Assembly: GCA_040902755.1 (NCBI GenBank)
Contig: JBBDWS010000097.1
Location: 47,120 to 85,016, forward strand
Direction: 5' to 3'
Source: Actinomycetota bacterium
GTDB taxonomy: Bacteria > Actinomycetota > UBA4738 > HRBIN12
DNA length: 37,897 bases
The notes beneath the pieces are model-generated. The model was not told the origin of the DNA. It ran no database searches and saw only the letters and a program-made list of their open reading frames with translations. The first letter of the stretch is position 1, and every line of letters starts with the position of its first letter. Made by a program: the position numbers and the translations under genes. This document shows, one piece after another, positions 1 to 10,224 of the stretch.

Positions 1-567
1 GTTACTGGGGCGGGGATGATGGACTCGAAGCGGGCCTTGCAGGAAGCCGACGGGGATCTCGAGAAGGCGCAGGAGATCCTCCGCACGAAGGGGCTCGGCG
101 ACACGAAGGGCCGCTCCGGGCGGGTCGCGAACCAAGGGCGGATCGAGTCCTACATCCACTTCAACAACACCGTGGGCTCGCTGGTCGAGCTCAACTCCGA
201 GACGGACTTCGCCGCGAACACCGACGACTTCAAGCAGCTCGCCAAGGATATGGCGCTGCACGTCGCGAGCCCGAGCGCGCCGCGTTACCTCACGCGCGAG
301 GAGGTCCCCACGGAGGTGGTCGAGGCCGAGCGGCGGATCTACGAGGCGCAGGCCAAAGAGCTGGGCAAGCCGGACCACGTCGTCGCGAATATCGTGGAGG
401 GCAAGATGAACGCCTTCTACGAGCAGACGGTGCTGCTCGACCAAAAGTACGTGAGGGACGACTCGAAGACGATCCAGCAGCTCCTGGACGAGGTCTCGGT
501 CAAGGTTCGGGAGAAGGTCGCCGTGCGGCGCTTCGTCCGGTTCAAGCTGGGCGAGGAGCCGGAGTAG
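1..567 (+). CDS. tsf: Elongation factor Ts, 5' end outside window
   Basis: Frame 1 from base 1 reads VTGAGMMDSKRALQEADGDLEKAQEILR, the UBA-like N-domain of EF-Ts, then continues through the dimerisation/core region to the stop at 565-567. It is followed by pyrH-frr, the classic tsf-pyrH-frr order. Confidence 0.9.
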   Translation, partial: VTGAGMMDSKRALQEADGDLEKAQEILRTKGLGDTKGRSGRVANQGRIESYIHFNNTVGSLVELNSETDFAANTDDFKQLAKDMALHVASPSAPRYLTREEVPTEVVEAERRIYEAQAKELGKPDHVVANIVEGKMNAFYEQTVLLDQKYVRDDSKTIQQLLDEVSVKVREKVAVRRFVRFKLGEEPE

Positions 568-576
568 GGTACGGGG

Positions 577-1329
577 ATGCCCGAGGACGATCGGACCCAG
601 GAGGCCGCGGCGCGGCCGCTGTACCACCGGGTCCTCCTGAAACTCTCCGGGGATGCGTTCGCGCCGCCCGACACCGGATACGGGATCTCGACGCAGACGA
701 CCGGGATGCTGGCGCGCGAGCTCGCCGACGTCGTCGACCTGGGTGTTCAGTGCGCGGTCGTGGTCGGCGGCGGCAACATCTTCCGAGGACGGCAGGCGCC
801 GGAGATGGAGCGCTCGAGGGCGGACTACATGGGGATGCTCGCCACCGTCATGAACGCGCTCGCGCTGCAGGACGCCCTCGAGAAGGTGCATCTTCCCACC
901 CGCGTGCAGACGGCGATCCACATGGCGCAGGTCGCCGAGCCCTACATCCCGCTCCGAGCGATCCGCCACCTCGAGAAGGGACGGGTCGTGATCTTCGCGG
1001 CCGGGCTGGGCGCCCCATACTTCTCGACCGACACGACGGCCGCCCAGCGCGCTCTGGAGATCGGAGCCCAGGCGTTGCTCAAGGGGACGAAGGTGGACGG
1101 CGTCTACAACGCCGACCCGCACGTGGACCCGAGCGCAACGCGCTTCGAGTCGATCGAGTATCTCGACGTCCTTCGCGGGGGATACTCGGTGATGGACGCC
1201 ACCGCAATCAGCCTCGCCATGGAGAACAAGCTCCCGATCATCGTCTTCGACTTCCGGCACGAGGGGAACATCCGTCGGGCGGTGTCGGGCGAGCCGATCG
1301 GCACGCTCGTCCACGGGGGTGGAGCGTGA
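577..1329 (+). CDS. pyrH: UMP kinase
   Basis: 250 aa with KLSGDAF and [10 protein letters not shown] amino-acid-kinase motifs. Position between tsf and frr fits. Confidence 0.93.
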   Translation: MPEDDRTQEAAARPLYHRVLLKLSGDAFAPPDTGYGISTQTTGMLARELADVVDLGVQCAVVVGGGNIFRGRQAPEMERSRADYMGMLATVMNALALQDALEKVHLPTRVQTAIHMAQVAEPYIPLRAIRHLEKGRVVIFAAGLGAPYFSTDTTAAQRALEIGAQALLKGTKVDGVYNADPHVDPSATRFESIEYLDVLRGGYSVMDATAISLAMENKLPIIVFDFRHEGNIRRAVSGEPIGTLVHGGGA

Positions 1330-1886
1330 CGGTCGAGTCGGCGATGAAGGAAGGCACCGACAAGATGGCGAAGGCGATCGTCGTCTTGAAGGACGAGCTC
1401 GCGGGGATCCGGACGGGCAGAGCCACGCCCGCCCTGCTCTCGAGGATCGTGGTGGATTACTACGGAACGCTGGTTCCGATCCAGCAGCTCGCTTCGTTCA
1501 GCGTGCCGGAGCCGCGGACGCTGGTGATCCAGCCCTTCGATAGGAACGCGATCTCCGCGATGGAGAAGGCGATCATGTCCAGCGACGTGGGGATCACGCC
1601 GGGCAACGACGGGAACGTGATCCGGCTCAGCTTCCCGCCCCTCACCGAGGAGCGCCGCAAGGAGCTCATCAAACTCGTGCACCATCGCGGCGAGGAGGGA
1701 CGGGTTGCTGTTCGGAACATCCGGCGCCACACGAAGGAGGAGCTGGAGAGGCTTGAGCGCGAGGGCCGCATCTCCGAAGATGACCTCGTCCGGTCCGAGA
1801 AGGAGCTCCAGAAGCAGACCGACAAGCACGTGGGGCAAGTCGACGAGGTCGTGGCGCACAAGGAAGCCGAGCTGAAGGAGATCTAG
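1326..1886 (+). CDS. frr: Ribosome recycling factor
   Basis: GTG at 1326 overlaps the pyrH stop (GTGA); an ATG at 1344 is an alternative start. The sequence [26 protein letters not shown]...[11 protein letters not shown] is typical RRF. The track ORF 750..1886 is over-extended at its 5' end. Confidence 0.92.
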   Translation: MTVESAMKEGTDKMAKAIVVLKDELAGIRTGRATPALLSRIVVDYYGTLVPIQQLASFSVPEPRTLVIQPFDRNAISAMEKAIMSSDVGITPGNDGNVIRLSFPPLTEERRKELIKLVHHRGEEGRVAVRNIRRHTKEELERLEREGRISEDDLVRSEKELQKQTDKHVGQVDEVVAHKEAELKEI

Positions 1887-3544
1887 TGTCGAAGGGCGAG
1901 GGCCGAGGCGAAGGCGGCTCGGAGAGCGGCGAGGACCTGTTCGAGGATCTCGACAAGTTCTTCGCGCCGATCCAAGACGTCGACTGGCCCGAGACGAGCG
2001 ATCCCGCGGCGTCGCCGAAGGAAGGGTCCCACGAAGCCTCCGAGGACGACGAGGTTTCGCCCTCGACCGAGGACGGGCCCGGCTCGGCAGGGGCCGCCGC
2101 TCCCTTCGAGGGGCCGGTCCGGATCGAGTCCGACGAGGAGGACCTCGATCCCACGACCCGCCCGGCCCCCGGGCAGGAGGACCTGTTCGCAGGCCACGCC
2201 CCCGGAGGGGAGCGGTCCGAGGTCTCGGTGTGGTCCGCCGAAGCGAGCGGCACGGCCGAGGACGACACCGAGGACGACACCGCGGGGGACGGCGTCAGCT
2301 CGTTCCTGTTCGAGTCCGAGGCGGAGGAAGACCTGGAGCCCGGTGATCTCTCCGAGTCCTCGTTCGCCGGATCGCCGAGCGCCTACGTCGACCTGCCGGG
2401 TCCGAGCGCCGAAGACGAGTCCGTCGCCGAGCTCGAGGAGGGCGCGATGGAAGCGCCGCCGGACCTCGAAGCGGTCGAGGCGGCCGCCGACCATTTCGCG
2501 GAGTCCGTGCGCGGCGACGTGAGCGCCGAGACCGAGCCGCCCGCGGCCACGGCTCGGCCGACTGAGGAGATCCAGATCTCCGCCCTCCTGGGCGACGACG
2601 AGGACGAAGCCGGTACCGACGTGGGGCAGCCCGAGGGGACACGCACCGTGCGGGTCGGCGCGGAGGGCCTCGGTGGCCCGAGCTGGCAGGAGCCAACGGC
2701 GATGGAGGTCGGCACGGAGCCCGAGCGTCGGGCCGGGCGCGACGTGCCCATGGCGTTCGTGACTGGAGTGGTCCTCGCGGCCCTCGCGCTCGGCGCCCTC
2801 GCGATCGGCTCGGGTGCCTTCGCCATCGTCGCGGGCGCGTTCGTCCTTCTGGCGCAGGGCGAGTTCTACTTCGCGCTGCAGAAGCGCCACTACCAGCCGG
2901 CCACAGCGCTCGCGTTGGTATCCGGGGCGCTCGTTCTCGGCGCGGCCTACTACCGGGGTGAGGGCGCGATGCTGGCCGTGGTCGGCCTCACGGTCGTGGC
3001 GACCTTCCTTTGGTACATGACCGTCCCGCCCCAGCACCGCCGGAACGTGGTCACGAACATCGCCCTGACACTCCTCGGCGTCATCTATATCCCGCTGCTC
3101 GCGGGCTACGCGTTGGTGGTGCTCGAGCTTCCGAACGGACGCGGCCTCGCGCTCTCGATCATCGGGCTCACGGTCGCCTACGACGTCGCCGCCTTCGTCG
3201 TCGGGACCTGGTGGGGCAGCCGCCCGCTCGCGCCGAACATCAGCCCGAAGAAGTCGTGGGAGGGCGCGATCGGAGCCACCTTCGTCACAGCCGCGGTCGC
3301 CGTCGGCGTCGTGGCGTCGTCGGTGGATCTGCTCGAGACGATCCCGCGGGCGGTCGGCCTGGCCGTCGTGGTGAGCATCTTCGCTCCACTCGGCGATCTC
3401 GCGGAGTCCCTGCTCAAGCGGGACCTCGAGATTAAGGACATGGGCAGCGTCCTGCCCGGCCACGGCGGCGTCCTGGACCGGATCGACGCGCTGCTGTTCG
3501 TGGCGCCCGCGGCCTTCATCTACCTCAGGCTCATCCTGCTCTGA
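1886..3544 (+). CDS. cdsA: Phosphatidate cytidylyltransferase with a long acidic N-terminal extension
   Basis: The C-terminal ~280 aa is multi-TM and carries SPKKSWEGAIGA and DLAESLLKRDLEIKDMGSVLPGHGGVLDRIDALLF (CTP-transferase 1 signature). GTG 1886 overlaps the frr stop. The N-terminal ~270 aa is D/E/S/P-rich low complexity, so an internal start (e.g. ATG 2701) cannot be excluded. Confidence 0.8.
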   Translation: MSKGEGRGEGGSESGEDLFEDLDKFFAPIQDVDWPETSDPAASPKEGSHEASEDDEVSPSTEDGPGSAGAAAPFEGPVRIESDEEDLDPTTRPAPGQEDLFAGHAPGGERSEVSVWSAEASGTAEDDTEDDTAGDGVSSFLFESEAEEDLEPGDLSESSFAGSPSAYVDLPGPSAEDESVAELEEGAMEAPPDLEAVEAAADHFAESVRGDVSAETEPPAATARPTEEIQISALLGDDEDEAGTDVGQPEGTRTVRVGAEGLGGPSWQEPTAMEVGTEPERRAGRDVPMAFVTGVVLAALALGALAIGSGAFAIVAGAFVLLAQGEFYFALQKRHYQPATALALVSGALVLGAAYYRGEGAMLAVVGLTVVATFLWYMTVPPQHRRNVVTNIALTLLGVIYIPLLAGYALVVLELPNGRGLALSIIGLTVAYDVAAFVVGTWWGSRPLAPNISPKKSWEGAIGATFVTAAVAVGVVASSVDLLETIPRAVGLAVVVSIFAPLGDLAESLLKRDLEIKDMGSVLPGHGGVLDRIDALLFVAPAAFIYLRLILL

Positions 3545-3567
3545 GCGGAGGCCGGTCCGGCTTCCCC

Positions 3568-4758
3568 ATGAATCCCGCCCCGCGGGGGTACTCTTTCTCG
3601 GTGCGCACGCTGGTGATCCTCGGTTCGACGGGGTCGGTCGGCACGCAGGCACTGGACGTCGTTCGGCGCCACCCCGACGGTTTCAAAGTCGTCGGTCTGT
3701 CTGCTGGGACGAACCACGAGCTGCTCGTCGGCCAGATCCGCGAATTCATGCCCCCGTACGTTGCGCTCGCCGACGAGGAAGCCGCGTCCGACCTGCGTGA
3801 GCGCCTTTCCGGCATCAAGGGCGTCGACCTCTACGTCGGCCACGACGCGGCGGAGACCCTCGCCCGCGAAGCCGAGGCGGACATGGTCCTGAACGCGCTG
3901 GTGGGCTCCGCCGGACTCGGCCCGACGCTCGCGACGTTGCAGGCCGGCAAGACGCTCGCGCTGGCGAACAAGGAGAGCCTCGTGGTCGGCGGCGAGCTCG
4001 TCATGGATCTCATCAAGGGCGAGCCGGAACGCCTCATCCCCGTCGACTCCGAGCATGCCGCGCTCGCGCAGTGCCTCCGCGGCGAGCGGCGTGAGGACGT
4101 GAAGCGCGTGATCCTCACCGGTTCCGGCGGGCCCTTCCGCGGATGGACCCGGAACGAGCTCGCGAAGGCCTCGGTGAAGGAGGCGCTTGCGCATCCCGTC
4201 TGGCAGATGGGCCCGAAGATCACGATCGACTCCGCGACGCTCATGAACAAGGGTCTCGAGGTGATCGAAGCCCACTACCTGTTCGGTCTCGAGTACTCGC
4301 AGATCCACGTCGTGATCCACCCGGAGGGCATCGTCCACGCGCTCGCGGAGTTCCGGGACGGATCGATGATGGCCCAGTTCGCGGTCCCGGACATGCGGCT
4401 GCCGATCCAGCTCGCCCTGGGGTGGCCCGAACGGCTCCCGACCGGTGTCGACTCCGTCCCGCTCACCGACGGCAAGCTCACGTTCGAGCCCGTGGACCGC
4501 GAGGCGTTCCAGGCGCTCGATCTCGCCTACCGCGTCGGAGAGCTCGGGCTCACCTTCCCCGCGGTCATGAGCGCGTCGAACGAGGTCGCGGTGATGGCGT
4601 TCCTCGAAGGCAAGATCCCGTTGACGCGGATCGTCGAAGTCGTCCAGACCGTCGTCGACGAGCACCAGGCGCCCGCATCGGTGGTTTCGGTGGTGAATCT
4701 GGAGCGGGCCGACGCGTGGGCTCGCCGCCGCACCGCCGAGATCATCGAGGCGCGGTAG
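3568..4758 (+). CDS. dxr: 1-deoxy-D-xylulose-5-phosphate reductoisomerase
   Basis: ILGSTGSVGTQALDV NADPH-binding motif, NKESLV, and HPVWQMGPKITIDSATLMNKGLE. An alternative in-frame GTG start lies at 3601. Confidence 0.93.
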   Translation: MNPAPRGYSFSVRTLVILGSTGSVGTQALDVVRRHPDGFKVVGLSAGTNHELLVGQIREFMPPYVALADEEAASDLRERLSGIKGVDLYVGHDAAETLAREAEADMVLNALVGSAGLGPTLATLQAGKTLALANKESLVVGGELVMDLIKGEPERLIPVDSEHAALAQCLRGERREDVKRVILTGSGGPFRGWTRNELAKASVKEALAHPVWQMGPKITIDSATLMNKGLEVIEAHYLFGLEYSQIHVVIHPEGIVHALAEFRDGSMMAQFAVPDMRLPIQLALGWPERLPTGVDSVPLTDGKLTFEPVDREAFQALDLAYRVGELGLTFPAVMSASNEVAVMAFLEGKIPLTRIVEVVQTVVDEHQAPASVVSVVNLERADAWARRRTAEIIEAR

Positions 4759-4767
4759 ACCGAGCGG

Positions 4768-5889
4768 ATGGGCGCCCTCGGTCAGGTCTCCTTCTTCGTC
4801 GCCCTGATCTTCGTGATCGTGATCCACGAGGCGGCGCACTTCGGCGTCGCCAAGGCGTTCGGCATCAAGGTCACCGAGTTCTTCGTCGGGTTCGGACCCC
4901 GGATCTGGTCCACCAAGCGCGGAGACACCGAGTACGGCTTCAAATGGATCCCCGCCGGCGGCTACGTGAAGATCGCCGGGATGAACCCGTACGAGCAGGT
5001 CCTGCCCGAGGATCTGCCGAGGACCTACGGCGCGAAACCGGCGTGGCAGCGTGCGCTCGTCATCGTCGCGGGCCCGGCAACGCACTTCGTGCTCGCATTC
5101 CTGTGCTTCGCCATCTGGCTCGGCTTCGTCGGCGAGCCACGGTTCGTGGATCCCGTGATCGATCGGGTGCCGCAGCAGCTCGGCAACCAGCCATCACCCG
5201 CATTCACCGCGGGGCTTCAAGGGGGCGACGTGATCGTCCGTGTCAACGGGGTCTCGCATCCCTCTACCGAGGAGCTCCTGGCGTACACCCAACAGCACGT
5301 GGGCGAGCCGATCGAGATCACGGTTCGTCGCGACGGCACCACCGTGACCACCGAGGTCGTACCGGTGCCCTCCACGATCGCGGGTGAGCGCATCGCTCGG
5401 ATCGGGGTGGTGCTCCGGAGCGGCCGCGAGCTACGGGAGACGCGGGGTGCGCTCGGCGCGATCACCGGTGGGGCGGACCTGGTGAGGGAGTCCGCCGTGG
5501 CAACGGTCGACGGTGTGGGTCGCGTATTCGGTCCCTCGGGGATCGAGCGGGTGATCGAGCTGGTGTTCACCGATGCGCCGCGCACGCTCGAGGATCCCGC
5601 GAGCGTCGTCGGCGTGGGGCAGGTCGCCGGAGACTTCGCGTCGCGCGGCGACTACTGGGACATCCTGTCGCTGTTCGGATACGTGAACGTGTTCGTCGGC
5701 CTGCTGAACCTGCTGCCGCTCCCGCCGTTCGACGGTGGCCACCTCGCCGTGCTGGTCCTGGAGAAGATCCGCGGAAAGCCCGTCGATATGCGCAAGATCA
5801 TTCCCGTCTCCGCAATGGTCGCGGCGTTCTTCATCCTGTTCACGATCGCCGTGGTCTACGTCGATCTGGTGAAGCCGCCGAGCTTCTGA
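4768..5889 (+). CDS. rseP: Site-2 (M50) zinc metalloprotease, RseP/Rip1-like, with PDZ domain
   Basis: HEAAHF (HExxH) lies in the first TM region and NLLPLPPFDGGH lies near the C-terminus, with a central PDZ-like segment. The dxr-rseP-ispG neighbourhood is conserved. Confidence 0.85.
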   Translation: MGALGQVSFFVALIFVIVIHEAAHFGVAKAFGIKVTEFFVGFGPRIWSTKRGDTEYGFKWIPAGGYVKIAGMNPYEQVLPEDLPRTYGAKPAWQRALVIVAGPATHFVLAFLCFAIWLGFVGEPRFVDPVIDRVPQQLGNQPSPAFTAGLQGGDVIVRVNGVSHPSTEELLAYTQQHVGEPIEITVRRDGTTVTTEVVPVPSTIAGERIARIGVVLRSGRELRETRGALGAITGGADLVRESAVATVDGVGRVFGPSGIERVIELVFTDAPRTLEDPASVVGVGQVAGDFASRGDYWDILSLFGYVNVFVGLLNLLPLPPFDGGHLAVLVLEKIRGKPVDMRKIIPVSAMVAAFFILFTIAVVYVDLVKPPSF

Positions 5890-5923
5890 GCGCGCGCCGG
5901 CGGCGCCACCACGATTTCTCAAC

Positions 5924-6664
5924 ATGCCGCCGGATGTGAGGCAACAGCCTGCGGATACGATTGCTCCCGTGACCCACCAGACGGTCCTGGTCGTCGACGA
6001 CGAAGAGACGATCGCCGAGGCGGTCCGAGCACGCCTCGAGAACGAGGGCTATCGCGTGCTCGTGGCCGGCGACGGCGGCCAGGCCATCGAGACGGCGGCC
6101 CGGGAGCGCCCCGACCTCGTCGTCCTGGACCTCATGCTTCCGGGGATGGACGGGCTCGAGGTCTGCAAGGAGCTGCAACGCGAGCGGTGGGTCCCCGTCC
6201 TGATGCTCACGGCCCGGACGGAGGAAGCCGACAAGGTCGCCGGGTTCGCGGTCGGCGCCGACGATTACCTGACCAAGCCGTTCAGCCTGCGCGAGCTCGT
6301 CGTGCGGGTGCGCGCGATCTTGCGGCGCGTCGAGCGCATCGGCCAGGCGTCCACGACCGAGCCGTTGCAGCTCGGCGGCATGTCGATCGATCCGACACGC
6401 CGGCGGGTCGCCGTCGACCGGACCGACGTGCCGCTCACCCCGCTCGAGTTCGAGATCCTCCTCACGCTGGCGCGGGAGCCGGGCGTCGTGTTCACGCGCG
6501 AGCAGCTGATGGAACGCGTGTGGGGCTACCGGGACTACGCCGGTGGACGCGTCGTCGATTCCCACGTCGCGCGGATCCGGCGAAAGCTCGGCGAGGAGGG
6601 CGACGGACCGCGGTTCATCCGAACGATCCACGGCATCGGCTACGCCTTCCGGGAAGACGCGTAA
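5924..6664 (+). CDS. OmpR-family response regulator
   Basis: Receiver domain (VLVVDDEE, LVVLDLMLPGMDG, KPF) plus a winged-helix output domain (LTPLEFEILLTLA...VDSHVARIRRKL). Confidence 0.88.
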   Translation: MPPDVRQQPADTIAPVTHQTVLVVDDEETIAEAVRARLENEGYRVLVAGDGGQAIETAARERPDLVVLDLMLPGMDGLEVCKELQRERWVPVLMLTARTEEADKVAGFAVGADDYLTKPFSLRELVVRVRAILRRVERIGQASTTEPLQLGGMSIDPTRRRVAVDRTDVPLTPLEFEILLTLAREPGVVFTREQLMERVWGYRDYAGGRVVDSHVARIRRKLGEEGDGPRFIRTIHGIGYAFREDA

Positions 6665-6666
6665 CC

Positions 6667-8028
6667 ATGCGACCGTTCGAGAAGCTCCCGACGATCCGGT
6701 CCAAGCTCGGGTCCGTCATCGTGTTCGCCGTCGGTCTGACCGTCGTCCTCGTGTACTTCCTGCTCGGGTTCGCGCTGCGGAACTCGTTCCGAGATGCCGA
6801 TCTCGTCGAGCTGCTCGGGATCGCGCAGGAGCGCAGCACGACCGCCTCGGCGTCACCGGCGCCCGAGGGAACCTCGCTCGCGCGGCTCCAGAGCGGTGAG
6901 TTCGTCTGGGTGGGGGCCGAGCTCGCGGAGCCGCCGCGGTTCGCGGGCGGTGTCCACGTCGGCGTCGCGAACGGGATCGAGTACGCGGCGGTGCCGGTTC
7001 GCGACGGCAGCGGGCAGATCCTCTACGCCGTGCGAGAGGAACCGGGGTTCTGGGTCGCCTCGACGCGCTTCCTCTTCGAGTTCTGGTGGCAGCTCCTCGT
7101 CGCGGGCGCGGTCGCCGCGGCGACGGCGTTGGTCATCGCCCGCTGGCTCGCACGCGGGATGACCCAACCGCTGCGCGAGATGGCCAAGGCCGCGCAGAGC
7201 ATGGAGGCCGGCGACTACGGCCAGCGTGTGCAGACGCGCTCCCGCGACGAGGTCGGCCAGCTCACGGTCGCGTTCAACCGGATGAGCGGCGAGCTCGAGG
7301 ACCTCGAACGGCTTCGCCGGGATCTCGTCGCCAACGTGTCGCACGAGCTCCGAACGCCGATCTCGGCATTGCGCGCGCTCCTGGAGAACCTGCTCGACGG
7401 CGTCGAGCGACCCGATCCGGAGACGCTCCAGGTGATGCTCGCGCAGACCGAACGGCTCGGGCGCCTGGTCGACCAACTGCTGGAGCTGTCTCGTCTGGAG
7501 TCCGGGGACGTGCCGATGGTGCGCGAACGCGTCGCCCTGCCACCGCTCGTCGCGCGGGTGCTCTCGGAGATCGACGTCATGCGGGGCCGCCGCGACGTCG
7601 AGCTGGCCGAGGACCTTCCGAAGGACCTGCCTCCGGTGTACGCCGACGCCGAACGCGTGCACCAGGTCCTGTTCAATCTGCTCGACAACGCCGTGCGATT
7701 CTCGCCGTCGGGGGGCCGGGTGACGGTGCGCGCCTCGACCCGGAACGGATCCGTCGACGTCGCGATCGCCGATACGGGGCCCGGCATCGCGTCCGAACAT
7801 CTGCCGCGCGTGTTCGAGCGCTTCTACCGCGTGGACCCGGGACGCTCGCGCGACGAGGGAGGGACCGGCATCGGCCTGGCGATCGCGCGTTCGGTCGTGG
7901 AGGCCCACGGGGGCCGCATCTGGGTCGAGAGCGAGCCGGGCAAGGGCAGTGTGTTCACGTTCGAGCTCCCGGTCGACGACGGGCGGGAGTCCGAGACCGG
8001 AAGCGAGACGACAAGGAGGAGCCGTTGA
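6667..8028 (+). CDS. Sensor histidine kinase (2 TM, HAMP, HisKA, HATPase_c)
   Basis: ATG 6667 lies 2 nt after the regulator stop. H-box SHELRTPISAL, N-box LLDNAVRFSP, G1 DTGPGI and G2 GTGIGLAIAR are all present. The track ORF 6187..8028 is over-extended at its 5' end. Confidence 0.87.
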   Translation: MRPFEKLPTIRSKLGSVIVFAVGLTVVLVYFLLGFALRNSFRDADLVELLGIAQERSTTASASPAPEGTSLARLQSGEFVWVGAELAEPPRFAGGVHVGVANGIEYAAVPVRDGSGQILYAVREEPGFWVASTRFLFEFWWQLLVAGAVAAATALVIARWLARGMTQPLREMAKAAQSMEAGDYGQRVQTRSRDEVGQLTVAFNRMSGELEDLERLRRDLVANVSHELRTPISALRALLENLLDGVERPDPETLQVMLAQTERLGRLVDQLLELSRLESGDVPMVRERVALPPLVARVLSEIDVMRGRRDVELAEDLPKDLPPVYADAERVHQVLFNLLDNAVRFSPSGGRVTVRASTRNGSVDVAIADTGPGIASEHLPRVFERFYRVDPGRSRDEGGTGIGLAIARSVVEAHGGRIWVESEPGKGSVFTFELPVDDGRESETGSETTRRSR

Positions 8029-8474
8029 AGTCGACCACGACCACCATCGAGGTGACCCCGCCGGGCCGCTACGCCTACCTCGACCTCACGGACGAGCTCG
8101 CGCGGGCGGTCAAGGACTCGGGAGTCACGGACGGCGCGATCGTCGTGTTCTGCCCGCACACGACGTGCACGCTCCTGATCAACGAATGGGAGGAGGGAGC
8201 CCTGGAGGACTTCCGCGAGCGGGTCACCCGGCTGGTGCCGGAGGACGGGTACTTCGCGCACGACGACCTCGCGCGACGGAAGCAGAACCTGGACGATCCG
8301 CACGAACGGCGCAACGGCCATTCGCACGTCACGGCGATGCTGCTGTCGTCCTCCTCGCACGCGATCCCGCTCTCGGGCGGCGAGCCGATGCTCGGTCGCT
8401 GGCAACGGCTGATCCTGCTCGAGCTCGACGAGCCGAAGGAGCGCCAGGTCGTGTTCCACGTGTTCGGCGACTAG
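8025..8474 (+). CDS. yjbQ: YjbQ/UPF0047-family protein (secondary thiamine-phosphate synthase-like)
   Basis: TTG 8025 overlaps the kinase stop (TTGA). The sequence YLDLTDEL...VFCPHTTCTLLINEWEEGALEDF...NGHSHV...GRWQRLILLELD matches the YjbQ fold family pattern. The start codon is uncertain. Confidence 0.72.
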   Translation: MKSTTTTIEVTPPGRYAYLDLTDELARAVKDSGVTDGAIVVFCPHTTCTLLINEWEEGALEDFRERVTRLVPEDGYFAHDDLARRKQNLDDPHERRNGHSHVTAMLLSSSSHAIPLSGGEPMLGRWQRLILLELDEPKERQVVFHVFGD

Positions 8475-8494
8475 CCCCTCGCCTGGGAAACTGA

Positions 8495-9607
8495 GTGGCG
8501 ATGCTCGCAGAGCGCCGGAAGACCCGTCAGATCCGCGTCGGCGATGTCGCCGTGGGCGGCGATGCCCCCATCAGCGTCCAGTCGATGACCACCACGAAGA
8601 CCGCCGACGTGAACGCCACCCTGCAGCAGATCGCTTCGCTCGTGGCCACCGGGGTCGACATCGTCCGGGTCGCGGTTCCGCACTGGGACGATGCCGAGGC
8701 GCTGACCGCCATCGCCGCCAAATCGACCGTTCCGGTCGTCGCCGACATCCACTTCCAATGGAAGTACGCGATGGCGGCGCTCGAGGCGGGTATCCAAGGA
8801 TTACGGATCAACCCGGGCAACATCAAGTATCAGGACAAGGTCCGTCTGATCGCCCGCGAGGCGAAAGCCCGAAGCGTTCCGATCCGCATCGGGGTGAACG
8901 CCGGCTCGTTGGAGAAGGAGCTCCTGGAACGACACGGCGCGCCGACCCCCGAAGCGCTCGTGGAGAGCGCGCTGAACGAAGCGAGGATCCTCGAAGAGGA
9001 GGACTTCTTCGACATCAAGATCTCGGTCAAGCACTCGAACCCGCGCGTGATGATCGAGGCGTACCGGATGCTTTCCGCGCGCTGCGACTATCCGCTCCAC
9101 CTCGGCGTCACCGAGGCGGGCCCCATGCCGATGGGCGGGGTGAAGAGCTCCGTCGGGATCGGCACGCTGCTCGCCGAGGGGATCGGGGACACGATCCGCG
9201 TGAGCCTCACCGACGATCCGGTCGAGGAGGTCAAGGTCGGGACGCAGATCCTGCAGTCACTCGGCCTTCGCAAGCGCGGCCTCGACCTGGTCGCGTGCCC
9301 CAGCTGCGGCCGCGCCGAGGTCGACGTACTGGGTCTGACCAAACAGGTCCACGAGGCGCTCGAGCGCGAAGGGCTGAAGGTCCCGATCCGCGTCGCGGTG
9401 ATGGGATGCGTGGTGAACGGACCCGGCGAGGCGCGCGAGGCCGACCTCGGGATCGCCGCGGGCAAGGGACAGGGGTTCCTCGTGGTGAAGGGCGAGGTCA
9501 TCGAGAAGATCCCCGAGGATCGCTTCGTCGAGCGCCTGATCCAGGAGGCCAAGAAGATCGACGCGGAGCGGGCCGCCGTCGGGAGCGACGGCGCCGAGAT
9601 CGGCTAG
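8495..9607 (+). CDS. ispG: 4-hydroxy-3-methylbut-2-en-1-yl diphosphate synthase
   Basis: 370 aa with [32 protein letters not shown] and a C-terminal CPSCGR...GCVVNGPGE Fe-S cluster motif. Confidence 0.93.
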   Translation: MAMLAERRKTRQIRVGDVAVGGDAPISVQSMTTTKTADVNATLQQIASLVATGVDIVRVAVPHWDDAEALTAIAAKSTVPVVADIHFQWKYAMAALEAGIQGLRINPGNIKYQDKVRLIAREAKARSVPIRIGVNAGSLEKELLERHGAPTPEALVESALNEARILEEEDFFDIKISVKHSNPRVMIEAYRMLSARCDYPLHLGVTEAGPMPMGGVKSSVGIGTLLAEGIGDTIRVSLTDDPVEEVKVGTQILQSLGLRKRGLDLVACPSCGRAEVDVLGLTKQVHEALEREGLKVPIRVAVMGCVVNGPGEAREADLGIAAGKGQGFLVVKGEVIEKIPEDRFVERLIQEAKKIDAERAAVGSDGAEIG

Positions 9608-10176
9608 CGGCGAGCAAGGGAGAGGAAGTTGCGGACGATCGTCGGTCCGTCGGGCGTGAGGATCGACTCCGGGTGGAACTGCACGCCGAAGCGCGGAAGC
9701 GTTCGGTGCTGCGTGGCCATCACCAGGCCGTCGTCGCTCCACGCCGTGAGCTCGAGCTCGGAGGGCAGGCCGTCCCGCCGCACCACGAGCGAGTGGTAGC
9801 GGCCGGCCTCGAACGGGTTCGGCACGCCGGCGAGGATCCCCGCACCCTCGTGATGGACGAGCGACGCCTTGCCGTGCACCGGCGCCGCGCGCTCGACCAC
9901 GCCGCCGGACGCGAGGCCGAGCGCCTGGTGCCCGAGACAGACCCCGAGCACCGGTGTCTGGGGCGGCAAGATCGCGAGCAACTCGGGGAAACACCCCGCA
10001 TCCTCGGGCCGCCCGGGGCCGGGCGACAGGATCACCGCCGCCGGGTCTCTCGCCACGAGTGCCTCCGCGGGCTCCGCGTCGCTCTTCACCACCTCCGTCG
10101 GCTCGCCGAGGCTCTCGATCAGCTGCACGAGGTTGTACGTGAACGAGTCGTAGTGGTCGACGACGAGGATGGTCAC
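9604..10176 (-). CDS. trpG: Anthranilate synthase component II (glutamine amidotransferase)
   Basis: 190 aa with [25 protein letters not shown] (catalytic Cys) and [11 protein letters not shown] (His/Glu). The first two codons (GTG ACC, 10171-10176) lie outside the 51-bp repeat, i.e. in island DNA. Confidence 0.85.
   Translation of the reverse strand: MTILVVDHYDSFTYNLVQLIESLGEPTEVVKSDAEPAEALVARDPAAVILSPGPGRPEDAGCFPELLAILPPQTPVLGVCLGHQALGLASGGVVERAAPVHGKASLVHHEGAGILAGVPNPFEAGRYHSLVVRRDGLPSELELTAWSDDGLVMATQHRTLPRFGVQFHPESILTPDGPTIVRNFLSLARR
10120..10170. repeat. Left att-type direct repeat (51 bp, perfect)
   Basis: cagctgcacgaggttgtacgtgaacgagtcgtagtggtcgacgacgaggat is identical base for base to 18345..18395. 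It lies inside codons 3-19 of trpG. Confidence 0.85.
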
Positions 10177-10224
10177 GGTCGTACGGCCTGGCAGACGGGC
10201 AGGAGGAGAGCTTCTCGGGCGCTT

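Noticed and set aside
750-1886. Over-long track ORFs (750..1886, 6187..8028, 7086..8474, 23809..25707, 31257..32771, 23439..23768, 14177..14536)
   Set aside because: Their 5' portions overlap upstream genes in another frame and are compositionally aberrant. I trimmed them to internal starts that have an SD and/or a stop/start overlap.
1883-5085. Long minus-strand ORFs (1883..3652 and 3520..5085). Similar ones lie at 5840..6631, 6853..7908, 19964..20878, 22049..23716, 23869..25983, 28701..31472, 31623..33578 and 33786..34919
   Set aside because: All are antisense to genes with strong motif support. They have low-complexity R/G/P/D/A composition and lack SD/start context. They are shadow ORFs expected at this GC content.
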